Assembly: GCA_022340285.1 (NCBI GenBank)
Contig: JAJDOG010000094.1
Span: 33,046-97,045 of the forward strand
Origin: Betaproteobacteria bacterium
GTDB taxonomy: Bacteria; Pseudomonadota; Gammaproteobacteria; Burkholderiales; SG8-39
Reading direction: 5' to 3'
DNA length: 64,000 bases
This document shows, in pieces, positions 47,528 to 56,822 of the stretch. The notes beneath the pieces were generated by a model that made no database searches, was not told the origin of the DNA, and was given only the letters and a program-made list of their open reading frames with translations. The position numbers were made by a program, and so were the translations under genes. Position 1 is the first letter of the stretch. Each line of letters opens with the position of its first letter.

Positions 47528-48571
47528 TTACTGCGAGTACTTGTCGATCATCGCGCGGGCGTCGGTCACCAGCGCTTCGCCATCCACATTGATCTTCTTC
47601 ATTTCCGCGTAGTAGCGATCGAAGACGGGCTGGGCGGCCTTCCTTATCTTCTCGACTTCCCCGATGGGGATCGTGTGGAATTTGTTCTTCGGCTTGGACG
47701 CAATCACTTTCTTTCCCGGCACCTCGATGTCGATCCAGTTCTGCCCGGCCCACTTGGCGATGTTGCGGCCCGAGTTGTCGTCGATCACCTTCTTGAGATC
47801 CGGGGGCAGCTTCGCGTAGCTGTCCTTGTTCATGAGGAAGCTGAAGACGCTCGTGCCCAGACGCGGCTGCGGACCCGCGAGCTCGGAGAAGTTGCTCACG
47901 AGATCCTGGGTCTTCACCGCTGGCGCAATCTCGTAAGGGAGCAACACGCCATCGATGACGCCCTTGGAGAGTGCCGGCGGGATCTCGTTCAGCGGCAGCC
48001 CGAAGCCGGTCGCGCCGAGCGCTTCGAGCAGCCAGACCCCGGCACGCGACGCAGCGCGGATCTTCATGCCCTTCAAGTCTTCCATCTTCAGGACCGGTTC
48101 CTTGGTCTGGAAGAGGAAGCCCTGCTGGACGTGCAGCAGGAGCGGGTGAAAGTCCTTGAGGTCCGTCGTGAGGAGGTATTTTTCCTGGAAGTCCTGCAGC
48201 GCCAGCGTCGACGAGAGCGCGTCCTTGTGGACGAACGGCAGCTCGAACGGCTCGACACGCGGCATGCGGCCCGGCGTGAAGCCCGGCAGGGTCCAACCGA
48301 TGTCCACGACTCCATCGCGAACCTGGTCGAGGACCTGCGGCGCCTTGCCGCCGAGCTGCATCGACCAGTAACCCTGGACCTTGAGGCGGCCGTTGGAGGC
48401 CTTGGCGACCCGCTCGGACCACGGAATCAGGAACGTCTTGACCGGATTGGAAACCGGGGGCAGAAAAGTGTGCAGCTTGAGGGTGATTTCCTGCGCCTTG
48501 ACCGGCGAGGCGACGGCAGTTGCTGCGACCACCGCCACCGCCACGGTGGACATGCGAATGCGTGAAACCAT
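47528..48571 (-). CDS. dctP: TRAP transporter substrate-binding protein, copy 2
   Basis: GGAGGAGGAG RBS, signal peptide ...ASPVKAQE. Near-identical to copy 1 over the full length. Confidence 0.9.
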   Translation of the reverse strand: MVSRIRMSTVAVAVVAATAVASPVKAQEITLKLHTFLPPVSNPVKTFLIPWSERVAKASNGRLKVQGYWSMQLGGKAPQVLDQVRDGVVDIGWTLPGFTPGRMPRVEPFELPFVHKDALSSTLALQDFQEKYLLTTDLKDFHPLLLHVQQGFLFQTKEPVLKMEDLKGMKIRAASRAGVWLLEALGATGFGLPLNEIPPALSKGVIDGVLLPYEIAPAVKTQDLVSNFSELAGPQPRLGTSVFSFLMNKDSYAKLPPDLKKVIDDNSGRNIAKWAGQNWIDIEVPGKKVIASKPKNKFHTIPIGEVEKIRKAAQPVFDRYYAEMKKINVDGEALVTDARAMIDKYSQ

Positions 48572-48764
48572 GACTCCTCCTCCGTAGTGAGCTCTGCGTG
48601 TAGACAACGTCGACACGTCCGCAGGGTCTCACGCCCCGTCCCTCGGGGTAAGTGTAAGTAATTGATTGCTTGGCTACCCCGGGCCGCGCTCCGATTGGAT
48701 CTTAAACCAGATGGAACATGGGGCCAAATCCCACCAACAATGGGACCGAAATGGGCTGACAGTC

Positions 48765-50378
48765 CTACGCGCCGCGAACGACGTCGATGATCCCGCTCGC
48801 CTGCGCCGGGACCGCATCGCCGCGCCACGCCACGAATCCGTCGGGCCGCACCAGCACGAGATTGTTCTCGTAGAGTTCGGCGATCGTGTCATCGGCGACG
48901 TCGATGACCGACATCGGCACGCCGCGATCGCGCGCCGCGGCTTGCAAAGGCGCTGTCGCGATCTTCGGATCGAAGCGCACCAGCGTGTAGCCGAGTCCGT
49001 AGAGATCTAGCATCGAGCGGTCGCGCTCGAGCCAGGCATGCGGCGCGCGATGGCCGGGCCGCGCCGTGGGGCGATACTTCATCACCTCGAACGGCGGGGT
49101 CGGCGTGCCGTCGGAGATCACGATCGGCGAATCCTCCACGCGATAGCCGAGGGGCACGCCCTCCATCACGTACTCGCGATCGAACCGCTCCGCGTAGATC
49201 GCGTCGCCGATGGCCTTGCGAAGCGCCGCGCCCGCAGGCGTGTCGGCGTCGATTCCCTCGCCCTTGGGCAGCCTCGAGAACTGGGTGAAGTTGCGCGCCG
49301 CCTCGTCGACGATCATGCGCGCGACCGGGCGGCGCTCGAGGTCGTAGCTTGCGAGCATTTGCGGTCCGCCCCAGCCCTGGATTACGGCCGCGAGCTTCCA
49401 GCACGCGTCGACCGCTTCCTGGATGCCGGTGTTCATGCCGAATCCGCCGGTCGGGGACATCTGGTGCGCGGCATCGCCGGCGAGGAGCACGCGCTCCTCG
49501 GAAAACCGCTTGGCCACTACGCGCCGGCGCTCCCATGGCAGCACCGAGTGGATCTCGAACGCGGCGTCACGTCCGATCGCGCGCCGGAGGTGCGTGGCCA
49601 TCTCCTCTTCCCCGGGTTGCGCGCCCGGCGGGAGACGCATCAGGCTGAAGCGCCACAGGTCATGGCCGTTCACCGAGACGATGTCCCCCCAGACGCCTTG
49701 GCCGTCGATCAGCCACTGCATCACTGCGCGTCCGTTGCGGAAGAGAGCGTCGTGGTCGGTGCAGCTGAAGAAGGCGTTCACGTTCGTGTTGAGCGACTGG
49801 TCGCCGACCATCGGGATGCCGAGCGCCGCGCGGATGCCGCTTTCGGCGCCGTCGCACGCGAGGACATAACCGGCGCGCATGCGCTTCTTCGCGCCGGTCG
49901 CGAGATCGGTGAGATCGGCCGTCACGCCGTCCGCGTCCTGGGAGAAGGATTCGAGCTCGTGGCGATAAGCGAAGAGCGCGTGGCCGAGCGACTGCGCGTG
50001 CTCGCGCAGGATCACGTCGAAATAGATCTGCGAGCAGCGCTGGATGGCCTCCGGCGAGTTGGTGCATGGCTCGTCCTTCCTGGCCGGAAAGTCGTAATGC
50101 GCGAGCTCGTAGCCCGATGTCGCCGTGACGAAGCGGATGTTGCGCGGGAAATCCTCCGGGACGCTGCGCTCGCGGACCGTCCGTGCGACGCCCCAGCGGC
50201 GGCAGATCTCCATGGTCCGCACGCTCACCTGGTTCATCTTCGGATGGCCGATGGAGCCGTCACGGCGCTCGACCAGGAGGCAGTCGATGCCCCGCCAAGC
50301 AAGCTCGATCGCCGCGGCGAGACCGACTGGCCCGCCGCCGACGATCAGCACCGGTACATCAGTGGTCGTGCCAGCCAT
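48765..50378 (-). CDS. FAD-dependent aromatic-ring monooxygenase (PheA/TfdB/MhpA-like)
   Basis: VLIVGGGPVGLAAAIELAWRG (GxGxxG), GDAAHQMSPTGGFGMNTG, about 537 aa with a thioredoxin-like C-terminal domain typical of this group. Confidence 0.85.
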   Translation of the reverse strand: MAGTTTDVPVLIVGGGPVGLAAAIELAWRGIDCLLVERRDGSIGHPKMNQVSVRTMEICRRWGVARTVRERSVPEDFPRNIRFVTATSGYELAHYDFPARKDEPCTNSPEAIQRCSQIYFDVILREHAQSLGHALFAYRHELESFSQDADGVTADLTDLATGAKKRMRAGYVLACDGAESGIRAALGIPMVGDQSLNTNVNAFFSCTDHDALFRNGRAVMQWLIDGQGVWGDIVSVNGHDLWRFSLMRLPPGAQPGEEEMATHLRRAIGRDAAFEIHSVLPWERRRVVAKRFSEERVLLAGDAAHQMSPTGGFGMNTGIQEAVDACWKLAAVIQGWGGPQMLASYDLERRPVARMIVDEAARNFTQFSRLPKGEGIDADTPAGAALRKAIGDAIYAERFDREYVMEGVPLGYRVEDSPIVISDGTPTPPFEVMKYRPTARPGHRAPHAWLERDRSMLDLYGLGYTLVRFDPKIATAPLQAAARDRGVPMSVIDVADDTIAELYENNLVLVRPDGFVAWRGDAVPAQASGIIDVVRGA

Positions 50379-50403
50379 GCATTCGCAAGGAAATGCTCGC
50401 GCC

Positions 50404-50895
50404 CTACCTCGTCGGCTCGGGGTCCTGCTCCCAGGTCTGGGAGGGGCGTGTCGTGCGTCCGAGCCACTCGTCGAGCGCTTCGACGTGCTCCTGCTCCTCG
50501 GCGGCAAATTCGCCGGCGAGGCGTTTCACCTCTGCATCGCCGGACTCGCCCGTGACCGAGCGGTAATACTCCATGGCGCGCACCTCGTTCGCGCGCGCGT
50601 ACTTGAGCGCGTTGTACGCCTCGATCATGTAGTCGAAGGCGTCCTCGTCACCCATTTCCGGGGGCGTGCGCCACCGGTACTGCCAAGACTTCAGCTTCGG
50701 CAGCTCGGTCGATCCGACCCGCTCCCGGATCGAATCGCGGTGCTTCAGCGAGTAGCGATGCATGTCGCGAAAGAGCGCCGAGACCTCATCGTTCCGGTGC
50801 GACTCCATCATGTCGGCAAGCTCCAGGTAGCGCTCCGCCGCCTCCTCTTCCATGGCGATCGCGTGAGCGAGAAATTCGGGCAGTGTGTAGCTCAT
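50404..50895 (-). CDS. ferritin-like / rubrerythrin-family protein
   Basis: AGGAGGA RBS. Four-helix pattern with an AAEEQEHVEAL (ExxH) second-half site; the first-half site is partly degenerate. Confidence 0.55.
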   Translation of the reverse strand: MSYTLPEFLAHAIAMEEEAAERYLELADMMESHRNDEVSALFRDMHRYSLKHRDSIRERVGSTELPKLKSWQYRWRTPPEMGDEDAFDYMIEAYNALKYARANEVRAMEYYRSVTGESGDAEVKRLAGEFAAEEQEHVEALDEWLGRTTRPSQTWEQDPEPTR

Positions 50896-51118
50896 CACTT
50901 GTCCTCCTGCTCGGTCTTGTAGAAATTGCCCGGTATGCGCGGGCCGATCTGCTCGGACGGTGCCTCGCAGGCGTCCGGGAACGCGCATCGTGCGTGGCCA
51001 GGCGTGGTTAGGCTACATGAAATTTCATTCCGCGAAGCTTCGACCAAGCGCATGCGGGTGGGGTGGATTCGCCCAGTGGATCGGTGCTAGCTTGAGATCA
51101 GGTGCGCGCTCGCATCCA

Positions 51119-51559
51119 ATGACCCCTTTCAATTTCGCCCGTTCACTTCTCGGATTGGCCGCCGTCGCGCTTGCCGGTGCAGCGCAAGGCGCCTGCGAGG
51201 TTCCGACGTCACTTCGCTCCGCACCGCCGATCATCAACGGAAAGCCCGTAGTGGCCACGGCTACCTTCACCCTCGTCGACGTGATCGCAATCAAGGACGC
51301 GGACCAGACCTTCACGCTGGTCGCGCTTCTCGTCGCCCTGCGCGGGCGCCTTCCACCGGTTCCCTACTTGACTCGCATGGACGAGCTGATTCTCTTCTCC
51401 ACGGCACTTGTCTTCGCCGCGCTAGCGCAAGCAGTTCTTACGAGCCGCCTGGCACAGAAGGAAAAGCTCGCGCTCGCTCAGCGCATCGACGCCTACGGAC
51501 GCTGGATCTATCTCGCGTCGTTCGGCGTCGTGCTCTACGTCTCCCTCGTGCGCTATTGA
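51119..51559 (+). CDS. 146-aa protein that looks like an internally deleted pentameric ligand-gated ion channel (signal peptide + beta1-beta2 fused to M3-M4)
   Basis: PVVATATFTLVDVIAIKDADQTFTLVALLVALRGRL matches GLIC PLTVNTGIYLIECYSLDDKAETFKVNAFLSLSWKDRRL with the same spacing. It is followed directly by LPPVPYLTRMDELILF... (compare GLIC M3, LPKTPYMTYTGAIIF...) and an M4-like helix. Confidence 0.5.
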   Translation: MTPFNFARSLLGLAAVALAGAAQGACEVPTSLRSAPPIINGKPVVATATFTLVDVIAIKDADQTFTLVALLVALRGRLPPVPYLTRMDELILFSTALVFAALAQAVLTSRLAQKEKLALAQRIDAYGRWIYLASFGVVLYVSLVRY

Positions 51560-54102
51560 GGTCCGGGCTGCACGTGTTGCAGCGGCTTGCCGTCGAGCGC
51601 CTCGGCCTCCGCCTTCTCGAGCGTCTTGATGTCCTCGGGCGACAGCTTGGGACGATCGACCTTGACCGTCAGCTTGACGAGCTTGGCCGTCAGGGGGAAC
51701 GGCGGCTGGTAGTCCGCGTCGTTCACCCCGGTGAGCGTGTCGGAGCCGATGTCGAAGCTCTCGTCCCATTGCAGGATCATGGGCAGCGTGCGCTCAAGCT
51801 TGATGGTCTGCACCGCCTTGCCGTCCACCTTCAGCGTGCCGGTTCCGGAACGGCCGAGGCCGCTGAGGTTGTTGAAAGCGAGCGTGCCCGTGCCGAGGCC
51901 CTCATACTTGAAGTCGAACTCCACCGTGTGCTTGCCGGGCGGCAGCGCATCGGGGCCTTCCCACTTGACGCGCTTGAGGTCAACCAGGTTCCAGAGGAAG
52001 ACCGGCTTGCCTTTCAGCAGGTAGAAGCCGTAGCCAGCAAAGCGCCCGCCCGAGGTCAGGATCATGCCCTCGGCACCGCCCTGGGGTACCTCGATCTCCG
52101 CGGTGATGGAGTACGAGGCGTTCAGCAGGAACGGCGAGTCGCCCTGTGGCAGGCCGACCATTGGCCGCGTGTAGACGAACTCCGTGCGCCCGGCGGTGAT
52201 GTTCGGTCGAGGCGCGACGATGCGGGCCGCCACCGAGGCATCCAGCGGGAACACCTGGTACTTCTTCGCTTCCGCGACGAACTTCTTGCGCATCTCCGCT
52301 ACTTTCTCCGGATGCTGCGCGGCGATGTCCTCGGCCTGGCTGAAGTCTTTGTGCAGGTCGTAGAGCTGGAACACCTGGTTGTTCAGCGGATCGGGGTTCG
52401 CCACACCGAAGGCCTGCCATGGCGCCCGGTTCACTTTGGTGCTGAGCAGCCAGCCGTCGTCATAGAGCGCCCACTGACCCATCATCTCGAAGTACTGCGT
52501 CTTGTGGCGCGACGGTACCTTCGCGTTCTTCGCGTCGAAAGTGTAGGCGAAGCTCGTGCCCTCGATCGGCGCCTGCTTGATGCCGTCCACCATCTGCGGC
52601 GCCTTGATGCCAGCGGCCTCGAGGATCGTGGGCACGACGTCGATCACGTGGATGAACTGCTCGCGCAAGCCCCCCTTGTCCTTGATGTGCGCCGGCCAGG
52701 ACACCACCATGTTCTGGTTGATGCCGCCGAGCCGGGACGCATTCTGCTTGAACCAGTCGAACGGCGTGTCGAAGGCCCACGACCATCCCGCGGACATGTG
52801 GTTGTAGGTCTGCTCGGTGCCCCAGACGTCGTACCATTTCATCTGCACGTCCACGGGAATTTCACTCAGGCCGTTGAAGAACGCCACTTCGTTGGGCGTG
52901 CCCAGTGGCCCGCCCTCGGCGCTGGTGCCATTGTCGCCGTTGATGTAGATGATCAGCGTGTTGTCGAGCTTGCCCAGGTCCTCGAAGGCCTGGATCACGC
53001 GGCCGATCTCGTGGTCGTTGTAGGCCGCGTAGGCTGCGAACACCTCGACCTGGCGGATGAAGAGCTTCTTCTCCTCCGCGCTCAGCTTATCCCAGGGCTT
53101 CAGAAGCTCGTCGGGCCAGGGGGTCAGCTTCGAATCCTTATCGATCACGCCGAGCTTCTTCTGGTTCTCGAAGATGCGCTCGCGCAGCTTGTTGTAGCCG
53201 TCGTCGAAGAGATGCATCGCGTGGATCTTGTCCACCCACTCTTTGGTCGGATGATGCGGCGCGTGCGTGGCGCCGGGCGCGTACTTGATGAAGATCGGCT
53301 TGCTCGGGTCGGTCTGGTGCATCCGCGTCATCCAGTCGATGGCATCGTCCGCCATCCCCGTGATGAGGTTCCAGCCTGGCTTGCCCTCGAAGGGATAGAT
53401 CTGCGTGGTGTTGCGGAACAGGTTCGGCTGCCACTGGTTGGCGTCGCCGCCGACGAAGCCGTAGAAGTACTCGAAGCCCATGCCGGTCGGCCACTGGTCG
53501 AACGGCCCGGACTGGCTGGCGGCGAAAGCAGGCGTGTTGTGGTCCTTGCCGAACCACGAGGTGTTGTACCCGTTGTCGAGCAGGATGCGCCCGATCGTCG
53601 CCTTGTCCTTGCCGATGATGCTGTTGTAGCCGGGGAAGCCCGTCGACTGCTCCGAGATCACGCCAAAGCCGGCCGAGTGGTGATTACGCCCGGTGATGAG
53701 GGCCGCCCGCGTCGGCGAGCACAGCGCGGTGGAGAAGACCCGGTTGTAGCGCAACCCCTCGCTCGCGATGCGATCCATCGTCGGCGTCGGGATGACCCCG
53801 CCGAAAGTGCTTGGCACACCGAACCCGGCATCGTCGGTGATGATCAGTAGCACGTTGGGCGCCTTCTTCGGCGGCACGATGCGTGGCGCCCACCATGGCT
53901 TCGACTGCAGCGCGTCGTTCTTGATCACGCCGCCGAACTTCGGGTCAGGGGCCGGGAGCTGCTCGTTGCTGATGGTCGTGGTGGCGCTGGGCGAGCCCAG
54001 AGTGCCTGTGACCTGCTGCGCAGATGCCGCGGAGGCGACGACCAAAGCACCCGCACTCAATGCGAGTGCGGACAACGCTGCTCTTACATCTATTACCTTC
54101 AT
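51553..54102 (-). CDS. large exported arylsulfatase (Cys-type, formylglycine-dependent)
   Basis: Signal peptide, LLIITDDAGFG, sulfatase signature CSPTRAALITGRN, about 250-aa C-terminal extension. The 3' end overlaps the convergent ORF by 7 nt. Confidence 0.9.
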   Translation of the reverse strand: MKVIDVRAALSALALSAGALVVASAASAQQVTGTLGSPSATTTISNEQLPAPDPKFGGVIKNDALQSKPWWAPRIVPPKKAPNVLLIITDDAGFGVPSTFGGVIPTPTMDRIASEGLRYNRVFSTALCSPTRAALITGRNHHSAGFGVISEQSTGFPGYNSIIGKDKATIGRILLDNGYNTSWFGKDHNTPAFAASQSGPFDQWPTGMGFEYFYGFVGGDANQWQPNLFRNTTQIYPFEGKPGWNLITGMADDAIDWMTRMHQTDPSKPIFIKYAPGATHAPHHPTKEWVDKIHAMHLFDDGYNKLRERIFENQKKLGVIDKDSKLTPWPDELLKPWDKLSAEEKKLFIRQVEVFAAYAAYNDHEIGRVIQAFEDLGKLDNTLIIYINGDNGTSAEGGPLGTPNEVAFFNGLSEIPVDVQMKWYDVWGTEQTYNHMSAGWSWAFDTPFDWFKQNASRLGGINQNMVVSWPAHIKDKGGLREQFIHVIDVVPTILEAAGIKAPQMVDGIKQAPIEGTSFAYTFDAKNAKVPSRHKTQYFEMMGQWALYDDGWLLSTKVNRAPWQAFGVANPDPLNNQVFQLYDLHKDFSQAEDIAAQHPEKVAEMRKKFVAEAKKYQVFPLDASVAARIVAPRPNITAGRTEFVYTRPMVGLPQGDSPFLLNASYSITAEIEVPQGGAEGMILTSGGRFAGYGFYLLKGKPVFLWNLVDLKRVKWEGPDALPPGKHTVEFDFKYEGLGTGTLAFNNLSGLGRSGTGTLKVDGKAVQTIKLERTLPMILQWDESFDIGSDTLTGVNDADYQPPFPLTAKLVKLTVKVDRPKLSPEDIKTLEKAEAEALDGKPLQHVQPGPQ

Positions 54103-54299
54103 TACTGGCTCCTTTAGGACCTTTGAGTCTTTCCTGCCATGTCAGGGTTGCTGCACGCGAGTGTTCGCCGCGCTGCCGGCGGATGGTATACGATGATTGT
54201 GTTACACGGCGTCGCGGGCCAAGATCCCGCTCGCCCGGACGCGCGGGCAGGGAGCAGCTCCGGATCGTCTCACATTAGAGCGGAGCACGAGCCCTTGCC

Positions 54300-54599
54300 T
54301 CAGTCCCCGGGCGCGCCCCCGAATTCGCGCACCAGCGCCGTGTAATCGGGCGACTGACGCATCAGTCGGCCGGCCACCTCGCGCAACCGATCGACTTGTT
54401 CGGGCGAAAGCACAAAGCTCGTCGGCAGGTTCATGAAGTAGGCGCGCTCCTTCGGGTCGCGGATCGCGTCGAAGGCGACGTCGACCACCTCCAGCGTGAC
54501 CTTCGGCACGCGTGCCTCGGCCTGCGCCTCGGTCGCGCCGGCGAGGCGCAGGCGCGCGACCGCCAGCTCGCGCCGCCATTTGATGATCTCGGCTAGAGA
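54300..54599 (-). pseudogene. 3'-terminal remnant of a patatin-like phospholipase gene
   Basis: Only the last ~100 codons read sensibly (...VDVAFDAIRDPKERAYFMNLPTSFVLSPEQVDRLREVAGRLMRQSPDY...). This resembles the C-terminal region of proteobacterial patatin-like proteins. No catalytic GxSxG/DGA part is present upstream. Confidence 0.4.
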
Positions 54600-54961
54600 T
54601 TGATGCTGACACCGTGTACAAGGAAGTTGAGCAGCAGGGCCAGCAAGCGAAAGGAGGCGGCCGCGTAGGCGAGCCACGGCCTCCCGGCGTCGAAGTAGAA
54701 ATGCACGAACCCGATCATCGACAGGACGATGACGGCGACCGGCACGTGAATCCAACGCGCCACCGTGGCGTAGTCCGCCGGGGTCTGCGCCCGCATCGCC
54801 GCGATCTCGAATGCACTGAAGGCCGCGACTGACGCCGCGAGGACGAAGAACGCGAGATGGGCGGGGCGAGATCGCGCCTTGCACCAGACGACAAGATGGA
54901 TAAGCCCCAGTGCAAGGCTCGCCCCGGCCATGATGGTCCAGACGAATTCAACCCAGTTCAT
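54593..54961 (-). pseudogene. truncated N-terminal membrane module of a sensor protein (122 codons)
   Basis: MNWVEFVWTIMAGASLALGLIHLVVW...RWIHVPVAVIV...LLNFLVHGVSINL* has four TM helices like the N-terminus of hybrid sensor kinases. It stops where the periplasmic/cytoplasmic domains should begin and abuts the patatin remnant. Confidence 0.4.
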
Positions 54962-55098
54962 GTCCCCGATGATAATGCGCCGTGGCCGCCGCTCCTTCGC
55001 CCACGGTCGGGGGAGGGTGGGGCAGCGCAGGCGCGATGCGCGCGCACGCGTACTCTGCCTGATCGCCTGGCAGCGGCGGAGACGGCGTTTGACTTGGG

Positions 55099-55473
55099 TC
55101 AGGTCACCCGCCCGATCGCCGCGAGCAGGTCTTCCTTGTTGAACGGCTTGTAGAGCACCGCCACCGGTGCAAACGCGGCGAGCGGCGCGTCTACCTCGCC
55201 AGGCTCGAGCGCGGTGATGAAGATCGTCGGGAGATCGCGGCCCGCGGCGACGAGCGTCCGCTTGAACGCGATGCCCCCGATGCCGGGCAGGTCCACGTCG
55301 AGCACGAGGCAGGCGTCGCGCTCGGGAACGCCGTGTGCGAGCAGCTCCTCCACGGACTCGAACGCCTCGACCTCGAACCCGGCAAGGCGAATCGTTCGCG
55401 CGAGCGCACAGCGCAGTGAATCGTCGTCGTCCACGAGTAGCACATGTGATCGCCGGGGTCTGGGTGCCAACAC
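55099..55473 (-). CDS. single-domain response regulator (CheY-like receiver)
   Basis: LLVDDDD, phospho-acceptor LVLDVDLPG, IFITA, YKPF. Start at GTG 55473 or GTG 55443. Confidence 0.85.
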   Translation of the reverse strand: MLAPRPRRSHVLLVDDDDSLRCALARTIRLAGFEVEAFESVEELLAHGVPERDACLVLDVDLPGIGGIAFKRTLVAAGRDLPTIFITALEPGEVDAPLAAFAPVAVLYKPFNKEDLLAAIGRVT

Positions 55474-55635
55474 TGCTCGAGTATTCGCCGCCGTGCCGGG
55501 CGGGGAAATGCGACCTTGGTGTTACCCGTCGCCGTATGGCGGCCGCCCGGCGGGTGTCCCGTTCGCCGCCGGGCGTTCCGAGCCGGCCCCGATCAGCTAC
55601 TGGGTTGAGAGGCGCGCGCTGCGCTCCCGCGATGT

Positions 55636-56712
55636 TCAGCGACGTCCCGTCACGGGGATTGTGAGCACCGGCGCCGAGCCCGTGGCGCCGCCCGGCAACT
55701 GCGCGGCGACGAGCGCCTGCAGCATGTTGAACCACTGCTTGCTCACATCGTCGCTATCGTCGATGTAATACCAGCGTTCACGGTACTGCACGGCGACCCG
55801 CGGCCGGGGCGGCGCTGCGGCCGAGGAATGAATGTGAATGCCACGACCGGCCGGACCTGTCGCGGGGAAACGGGCCGCGCCGTAGGTGTCCGCCGGCAGC
55901 TCGATGCTGGCCGCCGCGAGCCGCATGAGATCCATGAGCGTGCGGGTCTCGATCGAGATGGCGCCGGGTGTGGGCGTGCCGACCGAGAGCTGGACGGGGA
56001 TCACGATATCGTCACCCTCGCGCGCGGGCTTCTCGATCCCGAGGAGCTCGAGGAGCCTCGCTACCTCCCGCGAGCTGGTCGACGCGTAGCTGTGCAATAC
56101 CACTGCGTGACCCGATTTCGCCCCGCTGAGACGCACCCAGTAGAGCGAGCCGCGATGCTGCAGTGCGCCCGCAAGCTCCGCGACTTCCTTGAAGCCCGGG
56201 TCGACGACGAGCGCGGGCGGATCAGGGAAGTCCGGGTTGCGGAGGTTGTTCACGCGTCGCACGATCGCCCACCACGCGTGCGCATGCGAGTGCGCGCTGT
56301 TCACCATGAGGATCGCCAGGTCGAGCGGCACCTCGGCGGCGAATTGACGCAGGAGATGATCCGCGGCGACCGGCGTGTAGGAGATCGTCGGGTTCTGTTC
56401 GGTTCGCAGCGTCCCGGTGAACGGCACCAGGTTGCCCGAGTAGTTGGACTCGGTGCCGAACCCGAGCTGCATACCACCGGTTGCGGTCACGGACACGTTG
56501 GCGGTGACCGAAGACACCGCGAGGAATCCGATGCTGTCGACGAAGCGCATGCGCACGATGTTCTGCAGCAGCTGCTGGTCGCTGGTCGCGAGGATCGCGT
56601 CGTTGTAGGCCGGCCGGCCGGTGCGCACGATCTCCGGCCCGAGCCAAGCGCAGCCCGACAGCACGGCCGCGACCGCGAGCGCGGTACTTCGTACGAGCGC
56701 CGAGTTCCTCAT
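55636..56712 (-). CDS. lipoprotein of unknown function
   Basis: Lipobox AAVLSGC near the N-terminus. No domain recognised. Confidence 0.6.
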   Translation of the reverse strand: MRNSALVRSTALAVAAVLSGCAWLGPEIVRTGRPAYNDAILATSDQQLLQNIVRMRFVDSIGFLAVSSVTANVSVTATGGMQLGFGTESNYSGNLVPFTGTLRTEQNPTISYTPVAADHLLRQFAAEVPLDLAILMVNSAHSHAHAWWAIVRRVNNLRNPDFPDPPALVVDPGFKEVAELAGALQHRGSLYWVRLSGAKSGHAVVLHSYASTSSREVARLLELLGIEKPAREGDDIVIPVQLSVGTPTPGAISIETRTLMDLMRLAAASIELPADTYGAARFPATGPAGRGIHIHSSAAAPPRPRVAVQYRERWYYIDDSDDVSKQWFNMLQALVAAQLPGGATGSAPVLTIPVTGRR

Positions 56713-56822
56713 GTTTCCCCCTTGGCGTTCGAGCCATCCCCGAGGCCAATGCTACTTTATTTCCCGAGATCGCCGGACTCGTCCGCGCGGTTCTTGGCGT
56801 TCACGACGCGGCGACGAACGCA

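Larger units (their letters stand above)
46326..48640 (-). repeat. tandem duplication (~1.2 kb unit) of dctP plus its leader
   Basis: The two CDSs are collinear with long identical runs (e.g. GRMPRVEPFELPFVHKD, PQPRLGT, DARAMIDKYSQ). Both leaders share GGGGTCTCACGCCCCGT. Confidence 0.8.

Noticed and set aside
48700-48725. CCAGATGGAACATGGGG resembling half of the 27020-27034 palindrome
   Set aside because: Only the ATGGAACAT half is shared and there is no inverted partner. It is probably coincidental.
51556-53850. 764-aa plus-strand ORF
   Set aside because: It is antisense to the arylsulfatase gene (CSPTR signature on the minus strand). This is a shadow ORF.
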